64,000 nt of DNA, from positions 17,222 through 81,221 of the forward strand of contig JBBQEJ010000001.1 of assembly GCA_038320555.1 (NCBI GenBank). The letters are read 5' to 3'. A program made the position numbers and the translations under genes. The DNA is from Vicinamibacterales bacterium. Lineage in GTDB: Bacteria > Acidobacteriota > Vicinamibacteria > Vicinamibacterales > 2-12-FULL-66-21. Every line of letters starts with the position of its first letter. The stretch's first letter is position 1. Below, one piece after another: positions 9,852 through 19,937 of this stretch. Under the pieces are notes generated by a model, which was not told where the DNA came from, searched no databases, and saw only the letters and a program-made list of their open reading frames with translations.

Positions 9852-10613
9852 GTGAAATTGACCGTGACGGTGATCACGCGGGACGAGTCCACGCACATCG
9901 CCGCCGCCCTCGAGTCCGTCTCCTGGGCCGACGAGATCATCGTCATCGATTCGCGCAGCACCGACGAGACGGTCGCGATCGCCCGCAAGCACGCAACCCG
10001 CGTGGAGGTGCGCGACTGGCCGGGCTACGGCGCGCAGAAGAACTACGCGGCGGAGATCGCGTCGAACGACTGGATTCTGTCGCTCGACGCCGATGAGCGT
10101 GTCAGCCCGGCCCTCGCGAGCGAAATCAAGCAGACCCTCCAGACAGAGCCGGCGGCCCGTGGTTATCGCATCCCGCGGGTGACGTGGTATCTCGGGCGGT
10201 GGATCCGCTCCACGGATTGGTATCCCGATTATCAGCTTCGCTTGTACGATCGACGGGCCGGACGATGGAACGGCCGCCGCGTGCACGAGTCGGTCGATCT
10301 TCAGGACCCACCCGGCTTCCTGCGGCACGAGCTTCAGCATTACGCGTATCGCGACATCGCCCATCACCTCGCGACGATCGATCGCTACACGACGCTCGCG
10401 GCAGAACAGTGGCTGGCGGAGGGACGCCGGACGAACGGCCTCGAGATCCTCATCCACCCGCGGCTGGCCTTTCTTCGCAACTACCTGCTGCGCGGCGGCG
10501 TGAAGGACGGCGCCGCCGGCCTGATCGTCTCGAAGCTGAATGCCTATTACGTCTTTCTGAAATTCGCGAAGCTGTGGGAGCTGCAGCCGCGCGCCCCCGC
10601 TGACAAGCACTGA
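9852..10613 (+). CDS. glycosyltransferase family 2 (LPS-core type)
   Basis: VITRDES..., IIVIDSRSTDET and a LSLDADE DXD-like motif. GTG start. Confidence 0.8.
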   Translation: MKLTVTVITRDESTHIAAALESVSWADEIIVIDSRSTDETVAIARKHATRVEVRDWPGYGAQKNYAAEIASNDWILSLDADERVSPALASEIKQTLQTEPAARGYRIPRVTWYLGRWIRSTDWYPDYQLRLYDRRAGRWNGRRVHESVDLQDPPGFLRHELQHYAYRDIAHHLATIDRYTTLAAEQWLAEGRRTNGLEILIHPRLAFLRNYLLRGGVKDGAAGLIVSKLNAYYVFLKFAKLWELQPRAPADKH

Positions 10614-11719
10614 TGTTCTCGCTGCACATCGATACCGCGCGGACGTGGCGGGGTGGCCAGAGCCAGGTCCTGACGACGGTGATGGGGCTGCGCTCGCTCG
10701 GACATCGCACGCTGCTCGTGGCGCACTCCGAAGGGGAGCTTCGGCAGCGCGCGAAAGAAGGGCTCGATCTCCTGGCGCTCGCGCCCAAGACGGAGATGGA
10801 CCTGACGGCGGCGTGGCGCCTGTCGCGGATCCTCAAGCGGCTCAAGCCCGACATCGTCCACGCGCACGATCCGCACGGCGTCGCGATGGCGGGCCTCGCG
10901 CTGTCGATGAGCACCCAGCTCGCGAAGCCCCCGCTCGTCGCCGCGCGTCGCGTGGATTTCCATCTGCGCGGCAGCTCGCTCTCGCGCTGGAAGTACCGGC
11001 AGGTGGACTGCTTCCTCTGCGCATCCGACGCGATCCGGCAGATGCTCATCGGCGACGGCGTGCCCGCCGCCCGCGCCGTGACCGTCCACGAAGGCATCGA
11101 TCTCGAACGTGTCGAGGCTGCTCCGCCCGCGAACCTCCACGCGGAGCTCTGGCTGCCGCATCAGGCGCCCATCGTCGGCAACGTGGCCGCGCTCGTCGCG
11201 CACAAAGGACAGCGTCACCTGATCGAGGCGGCTCGCCTCGTGCTGCCACAGGTGCCGGATGCGCGCTTCGTCATCGCGGGTGAAGGGGAGCTGAGACCCG
11301 CGCTCGAACGCCAGATCAAGGACCATCACCTCGAAAAGCACGTGCTTCTCGCCGGCTTCAGACCCGACGTGCTCTCGGTTCACAAGGCGTTCGACATCTT
11401 CGTCATGAGCTCGGTGACGGAAGGGCTGGGCACCTCACTCCTCGATGCCATGGCCGCCGGAAAGCCGGTCGTCGCCACGACGGCGGGCGGCATACCGGAA
11501 GTGGTCGTCCACGGAGAGACCGGATTCCTCGTGCCGCCCCGCGATCACGACGCCATGGCGGGCGCGATCGTGACGCTGCTGAAGGATGATGCGCTGCGGC
11601 AGAGGATGGGGGAGGCGGGCCGCGCGCGGGTCCGCACGATCTTCAGCGCCGAGCGGATGGTGCAGGACACGCTCCGCGTGTACCAGCGCGTCGCAATGCA
11701 TCCGCATCAGGAAGACTGA
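10613..11719 (+). CDS. glycosyltransferase family 4 (GT-B, RfaG-like)
   Basis: C-terminal EGLGTSLLDAMAAGKPVVATTAGGIPEVV...GETGFLV motif. The start abuts the GT2 stop. Confidence 0.8.
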   Translation: MFSLHIDTARTWRGGQSQVLTTVMGLRSLGHRTLLVAHSEGELRQRAKEGLDLLALAPKTEMDLTAAWRLSRILKRLKPDIVHAHDPHGVAMAGLALSMSTQLAKPPLVAARRVDFHLRGSSLSRWKYRQVDCFLCASDAIRQMLIGDGVPAARAVTVHEGIDLERVEAAPPANLHAELWLPHQAPIVGNVAALVAHKGQRHLIEAARLVLPQVPDARFVIAGEGELRPALERQIKDHHLEKHVLLAGFRPDVLSVHKAFDIFVMSSVTEGLGTSLLDAMAAGKPVVATTAGGIPEVVVHGETGFLVPPRDHDAMAGAIVTLLKDDALRQRMGEAGRARVRTIFSAERMVQDTLRVYQRVAMHPHQED

Positions 11720-11765
11720 GGGGACCAGAGCTGAAAGATTAGGCGCTTTAGAACAGGAGGACTGC

Positions 11766-12254
11766 TTATCGAACCGCCGCCAACCCGGACTTGCACCCCG
11801 ATCGGCCGCGCGGGCAGTCGTCGAACGTCACCGCGGCGCCGTTCTGTGAAAATGTCACCCCGCGGACGATCCGCGACGATGGGGTGCCGTCCGGATCGAT
11901 GAGGTTCACCTGACCCACCTGCGTCCGGCTTCCGGCGTCGAAGATCCGAAGCTGGTACCCGTTGATGACCAACCCGACGCGGAAGCCGTCGCGCGCCCAT
12001 GCGATCTCGTCGCAATGCTCGGTTCCGGCACTCAGTGATGCGACCTGCCGGGCGTCTTCGTTCGTATTCCCCATCCAGATCGTCTCGCACCATCCACCGA
12101 TGCAGGGTTGCTTTCGCACGAAAGCTATCCGGCGGGCCTCGGCGGGACTGGCCGACAGCACGTCCTGCACGGCCCCGGCGCGCTTCCCCGCAAAGTACGC
12201 GGCCGCGACCGCCGCGACAACGGCCACGACGAGCGCCGCAACCTTCAGTCTCAT
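11766..12254 (-). CDS. hypothetical membrane-anchored Cys-containing protein
   Basis: Start chosen at MRLKVAALVVAVVAAVAAAYFAG (TM anchor). This makes an ATGA overlap with the stop of the upstream TIGR02757-like gene. No recognisable domain. Confidence 0.5.
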   Translation of the reverse strand: MRLKVAALVVAVVAAVAAAYFAGKRAGAVQDVLSASPAEARRIAFVRKQPCIGGWCETIWMGNTNEDARQVASLSAGTEHCDEIAWARDGFRVGLVINGYQLRIFDAGSRTQVGQVNLIDPDGTPSSRIVRGVTFSQNGAAVTFDDCPRGRSGCKSGLAAVR

Positions 12255-13126
12255 GTTTGCCGTACGCGAGGGTGGCACAGACCTTTGAGCGGACATTGCG
12301 AGTCTCCCTGCTTCCTGCCGAACCCGCACGCGTTCATCATGCCGACATGGCACAGTGAAAAGTCGAACCGCACCGGATCCTCAGGATTCAGCGCGCGCAG
12401 TGATGCGGTGATGTCGGCCGCCATGCGCCACCCCGGGCTTGTGTACTTCGTCAGGCGCAGGCAGCGGCCGAGCCGGATGACATGGGTGTCGAGCGGCACG
12501 ATTAGCTTCGACGCCGGCACGCCCTTCCACACGCCGAGGTCCACTTCGTCGGTTCGCGTCATCCATCGAAGAAACAGGTTCAACCGTTTGCACGCGCTGC
12601 CGGCCGATGGCCGCGGAAAGAAATAACAGACGCCGGCACGGCGTGGTTGACGTCCATAGGCACGGCGCATGTCGAGCGCGAGCGCGCGGGTCGAAAAGCT
12701 GTCGAGGGCCGGCCCGAAATCCTCGTGCTCGTTGCGGTACCCTTCCAGGAAGAACGCTTCGAGCGATCCCGACCGCTCCAGCATCTGGCGCAGGATCCAG
12801 AGCAGCGCAACAAGGTCCTCGCCGCGGATCCACCGGTGCACCATCGCCCGCATCGCGGCCGACGCCCGCTCGGGTTCGAAGCGGCGTACGAACTCCGCCG
12901 GCCGGGGCCCTACGATGGCAAACAGCGTGTCGATCGAATTGAGGACGCTCGCGACGCGCCCGAAGGCAAGCGCGCCCGCGCAGAATCCGGCGATCTCCCG
13001 ATCCGCCGGATCGGCGAAAGGCCTGACCTTATGGACGGGATCGCTGGCCGAGTCAATGCGGTTGTAGTCGTGGTAGAGCGTGTCCAGCCGAGTGGAGAGC
13101 TCCCTGTGGGTCCGTGCGCGCAGCAT
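12251..13126 (-). CDS. TIGR02757/DUF2400-family protein
   Basis: 291 aa. The pattern FCAGALAFGRV...CYFFPRPS...RLNLFLRWM...DTHV...CHVGMMNACGF recalls that conserved hypothetical family. This is from memory, not searched. Confidence 0.6.
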   Translation of the reverse strand: MLRARTHRELSTRLDTLYHDYNRIDSASDPVHKVRPFADPADREIAGFCAGALAFGRVASVLNSIDTLFAIVGPRPAEFVRRFEPERASAAMRAMVHRWIRGEDLVALLWILRQMLERSGSLEAFFLEGYRNEHEDFGPALDSFSTRALALDMRRAYGRQPRRAGVCYFFPRPSAGSACKRLNLFLRWMTRTDEVDLGVWKGVPASKLIVPLDTHVIRLGRCLRLTKYTSPGWRMAADITASLRALNPEDPVRFDFSLCHVGMMNACGFGRKQGDSQCPLKGLCHPRVRQT

Positions 13127-13261
13127 CGTGGCGCCACGATCATAGTCCGAGAGAGTGCCAAGAAGGGACGACGAACTCGCGCAGAGAACGCCGAGGAGAA
13201 GAGCCTGCGCGGTTGGCTTACGCCCGCGCTGCGCGCGGTGGAAGACGTGGGATCCGCAAAT

Positions 13262-13293
13262 ACAAACAACCGCGGGCTATCTGGGTTGTTTGT
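13262..13293 (-). terminator. hairpin ACAAACAACC-(12 nt)-GGTTGTTTGT followed by AUUU on the minus strand
   Basis: Perfect 10-bp stem about 140 nt downstream of the stop of the 1139-aa gene. The U-tract is weak. Confidence 0.4.
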
Positions 13294-13428
13294 GTCTGCA
13301 GATCCCACGCTCTTCCAACAGCCGGTCGCAGGCATTCTCTGAATCTGCTCAGCGCTGCCTGAACCTTGCATCAGAGCGTTCTTCTCTGCGCTCTCTGCGG
13401 ACTCTGCGCGAGATCCGCACGCGACGGG

Positions 13429-16400
13429 CTACGAACCCGGCGTGATCCTGAGCGCGCTCGCGCGCGTGTTGTTGGTCTCGGCGGTCTCCGTGACGACGTC
13501 GTCCGCGTCAGCCACGGCGATGATGTAGTACACGCCCGCGGCTGTCTGAGCGGGTATCGTCAGCGAAGTCGCCACGGCATTGGTCGCGCCGGGGTCGATC
13601 GCATTCACGGTCCGGCTGCCGATCAGCACATCCGCAGCATCGAACGAGAAATTGGCCGACAAGTAGAAGCGGGTCGTCGTCACCCCTGCCGTGCCGCCGC
13701 CGGCGTTCTTGATGGTATCGGTCACGGAAATCGCTGCGCCGGCAACCGCGGACGCCGGCAGGGTCAGCCCGGTCACGGCCAGGTCGGGGCCGACCCGTGT
13801 CGTCCCGTACGTCGTATTGTTGCCTTCCGCCGATTCCACGACGTCGTCGTTGGCATCCGACCGGACGATCACGTAATACGTGCCTGTCACCGTCCCGGCC
13901 GGGAGGACCAGCGAGGTCGACGCGGCGCTGGTGGCATTGGCTGCGAGCGGCGGAACGCCGCGGCTCCCGAGGAGCACGTCGTTGCCGTCGAGCGCGAAAT
14001 TCGTCGAGAGATAGAAAGAGGTCGTGGACGCGCCAGCCGCGCCGCTTCCCTGGTTTTTCACCGTGTCAGACACGATCAGCGCGAACCCGGCGCCCGCAGC
14101 CGCAGGCACGACGAAGGTCGATTCAATCAGATCCGGCCCGATCTTCGTCGCTGAGCCGAACTTCGTGTTGTTCAGTTCCTGCGTTTCGGTAACGACGCCG
14201 GTGCCATCCCCTTTCGCGATGATGTAATAGACACCAGTGGCCGTGCCGGCGGGTATCGTCAGCGTCGTCGAAATCGTGTCGCTGACACCGGCCGTGAGTG
14301 GCCCGGCGGGACGGCTGCCAAGAAGCGCGTCGGCGCTGTCGAGGAGCACGTTCGCCGACAGATAGAAGCTGGTCACGGAGGCCGACGCGCCGCCACCTCC
14401 CCGGTTCCTGGTCGTATCAGTGACGGTAACCGAACCGCCCGCGCCTCCGGAGGCCGGCACCGTCAGCGCCGCAACGACCAGATCCGGGCCGACCGCAACG
14501 GAGCCCGCTTTCACATTGTTCGTTTCATTCGATTCGGCGATGCCCAGGGCAACGTCCGCCTTTGCGAGCACATAGTAGCTGCCGACTGCTGTGCCCGATG
14601 GCACGGTCAACACCGTCGAAGCGGAGTCGGAAGCGCCCCCCGCAAGCAGCGGCACTGCACGGGATCCCAGGTTTACGTCCGCGGCATCGAGCGTCGTATT
14701 CGTCGACAGGTAGAAGCCCGTGACGGACGGTTGGGCAGGTCCTGCACCCTGGTTCTTCGTCGTGTCGTTCAGCGTGATCGGCGAGCCCGCACCTGCGTTT
14801 GCCGGGACCGTCACCGTCGTCACGACCAGATCCGGCGGCAGATCGTCGCTCACAATCGTGACGACCGCACCGCCCGAACGGAGGACATAGGTCGAAGCCG
14901 GTGTCAGGGAGACGATGACGCTTTCGTTCGATTCGAGGATCGGGTCGTCCACCGGAACCACCGGTATCACTGCCGCCGCGTCGCCGGCCGCAATCGTGAC
15001 ACTGCCGGGAAGAGCCGCGTAGTCCGCGCCAGGTGTCGCGGTGCCTCCCACGGTGTACAGAACGGTCAACGGAAGCGACGTGTCCCCGGTTCGTGTGACG
15101 GTAAACGCGCCGTTGACCTGACCGGCTTCGGCCGCTGTGGGGGTCGAGGCCGCGATGCTCACGGCCGGCAGGTCGGACGACGACGAAGACTGGCAGTTCG
15201 GGAATGAGAACGATCCAATCCGCGTCTGCCATCCGGCTTCGCTCGTGGCCGCGTAGTACTCCTGCGTATACCAGAACGTGCAATCGTCCACGGGATCGAC
15301 GACGAGCGAGCTGTAATCGCCCCATCGTCCCGAGGCGTGCAGCTGCGATCCGGATCCGACCATGAGATCCGCCTCGCCGAGAGTCATGACGTTGGGCGGA
15401 TCGGTTGCCAGACGGCCGGTGTAGCGGATCGAGGGGAACGTCAATGGACCGGCCACGCTGAATCCGAGCGCGATGTTCCCGGCGGAGTCCATCGCCGCGC
15501 TCCCCATCCAGCGATGATCGGAGTCCGGCGCATAGGTGCCCTGCTGATAAATCACCGGGAACGTTCCGGGGTTGCGGACCTCGTACCAGCGGATGCCAGC
15601 GTGATCGTTACCATCTGCATCGACGGTGTGGTTCACGACGAGCGACTCGTGCGTGCCGAAATTGCGGTATTGCAGCCTGTACATCAATCGATCGGACATC
15701 GCATCGACCTTTGCGGTCGTCCCGGGCTGCGGAATGCAGTTTCTCGAGTAGCCGCACAGGTTCGAGTCGAACGGGGCCGTCGGCAGAGCCGCCGCGCGCG
15801 TAAACGACGACTGCGCCGGGTTCGTCCAGTCCGTGTGGAACTTCCAGATCTGCAACTGATCAGGCTCAGCGCCCCACGCATCGTCGTCCACCTGCACGAA
15901 GTACGCGGGAGACCCGGCCGGAGGCGCCGGTCCATCGAGATCGGCCGGCAGCATGCCGCCCAGATTCATGTCGACCGACGCGAGATCGTAATAAATCGCG
16001 GAGGCGGGCAGCCCCGCCAGCATCCTGTCGCGATCGAACGCCACCACGCCTTGCCCCGCAAACTGCAGCGAGATGGCGGAGAACTGGTTCATCGTCATGT
16101 AATAGCCGTCCGACCAGACGCCCATCTTGGGATAGTCGTTCAGCTTGGTGAACGAGAACTGGTAGCGATAGTAGGCGCCGAGCGGATCGGGCGTCGCCGA
16201 GACGGCGATGCACTCGTAAAACGGACCGAAAAGAAGCCCGAGGAACGAGTTCGGCACGGCAAGCTGGCTCATCACCCAGCGATCGGCCATGTGGTCGTAG
16301 CGGACGATCGGATCGCCGTCGTTGCGGGTTTCGCACGGTCCGCCGAAGCCGCTCCACAGCGTGTTGGCGGGCGCAGGTCCGTAAAGAAGCGACGGAGGGG

Positions 16401-16848
16401 TCGTCGATGTTCCCTTGCTGTACACCGCAAACGACAGGTTCACCCACTGCACGAAATGATTGGGCCCGACGTCGCCGTTGGTGTCGGGTGGCAGCACGCC
16501 GTTGACGTTGCCAACGCCCTCAACGCTTTGCACGGGCGTGGGAATGAGCGACGGCGCGGGCGTGGTCTGGACGATCGAGTCGGCCAGAAGGCCGCTCGGG
16601 TGACGCGACACGCGGCGCCATCTCGGCTCCCGCTCTTTCACTTCCTCGCCGAGCGGCGGTCTGCCGAGTGCCACGTCGCGCAGCCGCGGCAGCCGGTCGT
16701 GACGGTCGGCCGCGATCACAACGGGCACGGCCGCGCCTCGAGCCGGCTGGGCGGGACGCTGGCCCGCCCGAACGTCGGTGAAGGAGACGACCGCGGCGAC
16801 GACGGCCACGACGAATAGGCGCTGTGTCATGGCCCTTCGGCGGCGCAA
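13429..16848 (-). CDS. large secreted protein: unknown N-terminal domain, one Calx-beta domain and four CARDB repeats
   Basis: Signal peptide MTQRLFVVAVVAAVVSF. A roughly 560-aa domain of unknown function follows. The Calx-beta-like segment is AEAGQVNGAFTVTRTGDTSLPLTVLYTVGGTATPGADY...ESNESVIVSL. Then come four 116-119-aa repeats starting PDL..., with TxKNQG and NN motifs typical of CARDB. Confidence 0.8.
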   Translation of the reverse strand: MRRRRAMTQRLFVVAVVAAVVSFTDVRAGQRPAQPARGAAVPVVIAADRHDRLPRLRDVALGRPPLGEEVKEREPRWRRVSRHPSGLLADSIVQTTPAPSLIPTPVQSVEGVGNVNGVLPPDTNGDVGPNHFVQWVNLSFAVYSKGTSTTPPSLLYGPAPANTLWSGFGGPCETRNDGDPIVRYDHMADRWVMSQLAVPNSFLGLLFGPFYECIAVSATPDPLGAYYRYQFSFTKLNDYPKMGVWSDGYYMTMNQFSAISLQFAGQGVVAFDRDRMLAGLPASAIYYDLASVDMNLGGMLPADLDGPAPPAGSPAYFVQVDDDAWGAEPDQLQIWKFHTDWTNPAQSSFTRAAALPTAPFDSNLCGYSRNCIPQPGTTAKVDAMSDRLMYRLQYRNFGTHESLVVNHTVDADGNDHAGIRWYEVRNPGTFPVIYQQGTYAPDSDHRWMGSAAMDSAGNIALGFSVAGPLTFPSIRYTGRLATDPPNVMTLGEADLMVGSGSQLHASGRWGDYSSLVVDPVDDCTFWYTQEYYAATSEAGWQTRIGSFSFPNCQSSSSSDLPAVSIAASTPTAAEAGQVNGAFTVTRTGDTSLPLTVLYTVGGTATPGADYAALPGSVTIAAGDAAAVIPVVPVDDPILESNESVIVSLTPASTYVLRSGGAVVTIVSDDLPPDLVVTTVTVPANAGAGSPITLNDTTKNQGAGPAQPSVTGFYLSTNTTLDAADVNLGSRAVPLLAGGASDSASTVLTVPSGTAVGSYYVLAKADVALGIAESNETNNVKAGSVAVGPDLVVAALTVPASGGAGGSVTVTDTTRNRGGGGASASVTSFYLSANVLLDSADALLGSRPAGPLTAGVSDTISTTLTIPAGTATGVYYIIAKGDGTGVVTETQELNNTKFGSATKIGPDLIESTFVVPAAAGAGFALIVSDTVKNQGSGAAGASTTSFYLSTNFALDGNDVLLGSRGVPPLAANATSAASTSLVLPAGTVTGTYYVIVRSDANDDVVESAEGNNTTYGTTRVGPDLAVTGLTLPASAVAGAAISVTDTIKNAGGGTAGVTTTRFYLSANFSFDAADVLIGSRTVNAIDPGATNAVATSLTIPAQTAAGVYYIIAVADADDVVTETAETNNTRASALRITPGS
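13432..14835 (-). repeat. four tandem coding repeats of about 350 nt (CARDB modules)
   Basis: Counted from the translation: repeats of 116, 117, 116 and 119 aa run to the C-terminus. Confidence 0.85.
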
Positions 16849-17020
16849 GGGTCATACCGACGAGTTGGGGGGAGCTATCTTTCCCTGGTCCTCGCAACCG
16901 TCAACAGGCACACGTGTTACGAGATTTCAAATGTGCCATCGGCACGACGGGTGCGGATCGGCTGACAAATGCGTCAGGCGAATGACAAAACGCGCCGATG
17001 CCGGGGAAGAGATCGCGCGA

Positions 17021-17671
17021 CTAAAACGTCGTGATCGGCATCCCTGCGCGGCACATCGGGCACTGTGACGCTTCGTAATTTTCCGGCGCCAGGTATTCCG
17101 CGAGCGCGTAATTCGGCACACCCAGGTCGACGATCGCTTCCATCCGATCGCAGATCTCGACGGTGCCAATCACGCGGCCGCCGGCCCCCGTCACGAGCTC
17201 GGCGCATTGCTGCAGCGTCTTCCCCGTGTTCCGCACATCGTCTGCAAGCAGCACGCGCTGGCCGGCCATCTGCCGCGCGTAGAAACGCCGGAGGATGAAC
17301 CCGTCGCCCGCGTTGGTGAAGGGAGCAAAGCTGCATGGCGGATGCGTGAGCGCGCGGCGGCCATCGAGCAGTCCGGCAAGCGTGTGCGCGAGCAGCGCGC
17401 CACCGGTTGCGGGTCCCGCGACGACGTCGGTCTCCGCGAGGAGCTCGCCCGGAATGACGTCGAGCAGATCCTGCGCGAGACGCCACATCGTCGATGGGTG
17501 CAGGAACAACTGGTGGGGATTCAGATACAAACGGCCGTGAAATCCGTTGCCGTAGTCGAAGTGCCCGTCGCGCATCAGGACCTCGAGCTCCTGCAGCGTG
17601 TTGAGGGCCTGGCGGCGAAGATCGTCCTGGCGTGTCACGTGGTATGGCCTCTTGTCAGACAGCAGCGGCAT
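17021..17671 (-). CDS. type I phosphoribosyltransferase, divergent PyrE-like paralog
   Basis: GHFDYGNGFHGRLYLN (compare GHFRLTSGLHSDRYLQ in pyrE), PRPP loop VLLADDVRNTGKT, and C-terminal CPMC (pyrE has CPLC). The ATG at 17671 overlaps the pyrC 3' end. Confidence 0.7.
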   Translation of the reverse strand: MPLLSDKRPYHVTRQDDLRRQALNTLQELEVLMRDGHFDYGNGFHGRLYLNPHQLFLHPSTMWRLAQDLLDVIPGELLAETDVVAGPATGGALLAHTLAGLLDGRRALTHPPCSFAPFTNAGDGFILRRFYARQMAGQRVLLADDVRNTGKTLQQCAELVTGAGGRVIGTVEICDRMEAIVDLGVPNYALAEYLAPENYEASQCPMCRAGMPITTF

Positions 17672-18956
17672 TGCGATACACGATCCTTCCTCCAACGATG
17701 GTTGCGACAACGCCGCCGGTGAACTGGCAACGATCGAACGGCGTGTTCTTCGATTTGGATACGAGCTTTGCGGCGTCGATCGTCGAGGCCACGTCCGGTC
17801 CGAGGATCGTGATGTCGGCCGGCGTCCCGTCGCCCAACGTTCCACCCGGCAGGTTCAGCAGGCGTGCCGGATTGAGTGAGAGGAGCTCGACCATCCGCTT
17901 GAGCGAAATCCGTCCGGTGTGCACGAGGCGATCGAAGACAATCGGCACGGCGGTTTCGAGGCCGATAATCCCGAAGGGGGCGAAATCGAACTCGACCATC
18001 TTTTCGTCGATGTGATGGGGCGCGTGGTCGGTGGCGATCACGTCCACGCTGCCGTCAGCGAGGCCTTCGAGCAGGGCGTCGCGATCCGCCGCCGCGCGCA
18101 GCGGCGGGTTCATCTTCAGGTTCGTGTCGTACTTGACCGGGCCGTCGAGCGAGTCGTCGGTGAGCGTGAAGTGATGCGGCGCGACTTCGCACGTGACGCG
18201 TACGCCGCGCGCCTTGCCGGCACGCACCGCGCGGAGCGACTGGCGCGCGCTCATATGCGCGATGTGCACGTGCGCACCGGCCAGCTCCGCGAGCGAGATG
18301 TCCCGCTCGACCATGATCGATTCCGCTTCACCCGGTATCCCGCGCAGCCCGAGGTGTGCGGCGACGTAGCCTTCGTGCGCGACGCCGTCCCCCTTGAGGG
18401 ACGGGTCCTCGCAATGATTGATGATCGGCACGCCGAGCATTCCGGCATATTCAAGCGCGCGGCGCATCAGCAGGGCCGTGGCGACGGGCCATCCGTCGTC
18501 GGTAAAGGCGACGCAGCCGGCGGCCTTCTGCTCGCCGAGCTCCGCGAGCTGCTCACCCTTCGAGCCAATCGAGACGGCGCCGATGGGGTAGACGCGCGCG
18601 CACCGGGCCTCGGCCGCCTTCTTGAGGATGAACTCGGTGATCCCGGCGTGGTCGTTCACGGGATCCGTGTTCGGCATGCAGGCCACCGCGGTGAATCCGC
18701 CCGCGACCGCGGCGGCGGCGCCGGTCGCGACCGTTTCCTTGTGCTCCTGGCCCGGCTCGCGCAGGTGCACGTGGATGTCGATGAGGCCCGGCGTCACGAT
18801 CCATCCCCGTTTGACTTCGAACACGTCCGCACGGCCGGGCGGCAGGTCCTTCCCGATCCGCGTGATCGTGCCGTCCTCGATCAGGACGTCGAACTCGCCG
18901 TCGCGCCCGTTGGCGGGGTCGATGACCCGGCCGCCCTTCAAGATCGTTTTCATCAA
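17655..18956 (-). CDS. pyrC: dihydroorotase
   Basis: GLIDIHVHLREPG and VATDHAPH motifs. Length is 433 aa. Confidence 0.9.
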   Translation of the reverse strand: MMKTILKGGRVIDPANGRDGEFDVLIEDGTITRIGKDLPPGRADVFEVKRGWIVTPGLIDIHVHLREPGQEHKETVATGAAAAVAGGFTAVACMPNTDPVNDHAGITEFILKKAAEARCARVYPIGAVSIGSKGEQLAELGEQKAAGCVAFTDDGWPVATALLMRRALEYAGMLGVPIINHCEDPSLKGDGVAHEGYVAAHLGLRGIPGEAESIMVERDISLAELAGAHVHIAHMSARQSLRAVRAGKARGVRVTCEVAPHHFTLTDDSLDGPVKYDTNLKMNPPLRAAADRDALLEGLADGSVDVIATDHAPHHIDEKMVEFDFAPFGIIGLETAVPIVFDRLVHTGRISLKRMVELLSLNPARLLNLPGGTLGDGTPADITILGPDVASTIDAAKLVSKSKNTPFDRCQFTGGVVATIVGGRIVYRNAAAV

Positions 18957-18959
18957 TGC

Positions 18960-19937
18960 TCAGTGCTCGTCGATGACGTCGTTCGCGTCGCGTCCGGACA
19001 GCAGATACAACACCGCCATCCGCACGGCGACGCCGTTGGACACCTGCTCGAGAATGACCGAGCAGGGGCCGTCCGCCACGGCTGAGTCGATTTCAACGCC
19101 GCGGTTCATCGGGCCCGGGTGCATGACGATCGCGTCGCTCGCGGCGCGGCGGAGGCGATCGGGGGTCAGACCGAACAGCGTGAAGTACTCGCGCACTGAC
19201 GGGATGTAATGGCCGTGCATCCGCTCGTGCTGAATGCGAAGCATCATCACGACGTCGGCGCCGTCGATCGCCTCGTCCACCGAGGTCGTCGGGCGCACAC
19301 CGAAGCGCTCGATGTGCGACGGCATCAGCGTCGCGGGGGCGCAGGCCCACACTTCGGCCCCCATCGTGTTGAGGAGCAGCACGTTCGATCGCAGCACGCG
19401 GCTGTGCACGAGGTCGCCGATGATCGCGACCTTGAGCCCCGCCAGGCGCCCTTTGTGCTCGCGGATCGTGAAGGCGTCGAGCAGCGCCTGCGTCGGGTGC
19501 TCGTGCATGCCGTCGCCGGCATTGATGATCGCGGACGTGCAGGTGCGGGCGAGCAGGTGCGGCGCGCCGGACGACGCATGGCGCATCACGATCATGTCGG
19601 GGGACATCGCCTCGAGGTTGTGCACCGTGTCGAGAAGGGACTCCCCTTTTGTCACGCTCGACGTGGCGGTCGCGATGCTGAGCGTATCGGCGCTCAGCCG
19701 CTTTTCGGCGATTTCGAACGACGTTCGTGTGCGCGTACTCGGCTCGAAGAACAGATTGACGACCGTGCGTCCCCGGAGCGTCGGCACTTTCTTGATGGCG
19801 CGGGCGCCGATCTCCTTCATCGCTTCAGCGGTGTCGAGAATGAGCCGGATTTCATCGGCCTCCAGCCCGGCGATTCCAAGCAGATGGCGCGACCTCAATG
19901 CCACGGCCGCGGAGGGTGTTTCAGCGCTCGTCGTCAT
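18960..19937 (-). CDS. pyrB: aspartate carbamoyltransferase catalytic subunit
   Basis: [17 protein letters not shown] and HPGPMNRG motifs. Confidence 0.95.
   Translation of the reverse strand: MTTSAETPSAAVALRSRHLLGIAGLEADEIRLILDTAEAMKEIGARAIKKVPTLRGRTVVNLFFEPSTRTRTSFEIAEKRLSADTLSIATATSSVTKGESLLDTVHNLEAMSPDMIVMRHASSGAPHLLARTCTSAIINAGDGMHEHPTQALLDAFTIREHKGRLAGLKVAIIGDLVHSRVLRSNVLLLNTMGAEVWACAPATLMPSHIERFGVRPTTSVDEAIDGADVVMMLRIQHERMHGHYIPSVREYFTLFGLTPDRLRRAASDAIVMHPGPMNRGVEIDSAVADGPCSVILEQVSNGVAVRMAVLYLLSGRDANDVIDEH

Noticed and set aside
15337-16818. 493-aa plus-strand ORF
   Set aside because: Antisense to the 1139-aa secreted protein, with an Arg-rich shadow-frame composition.
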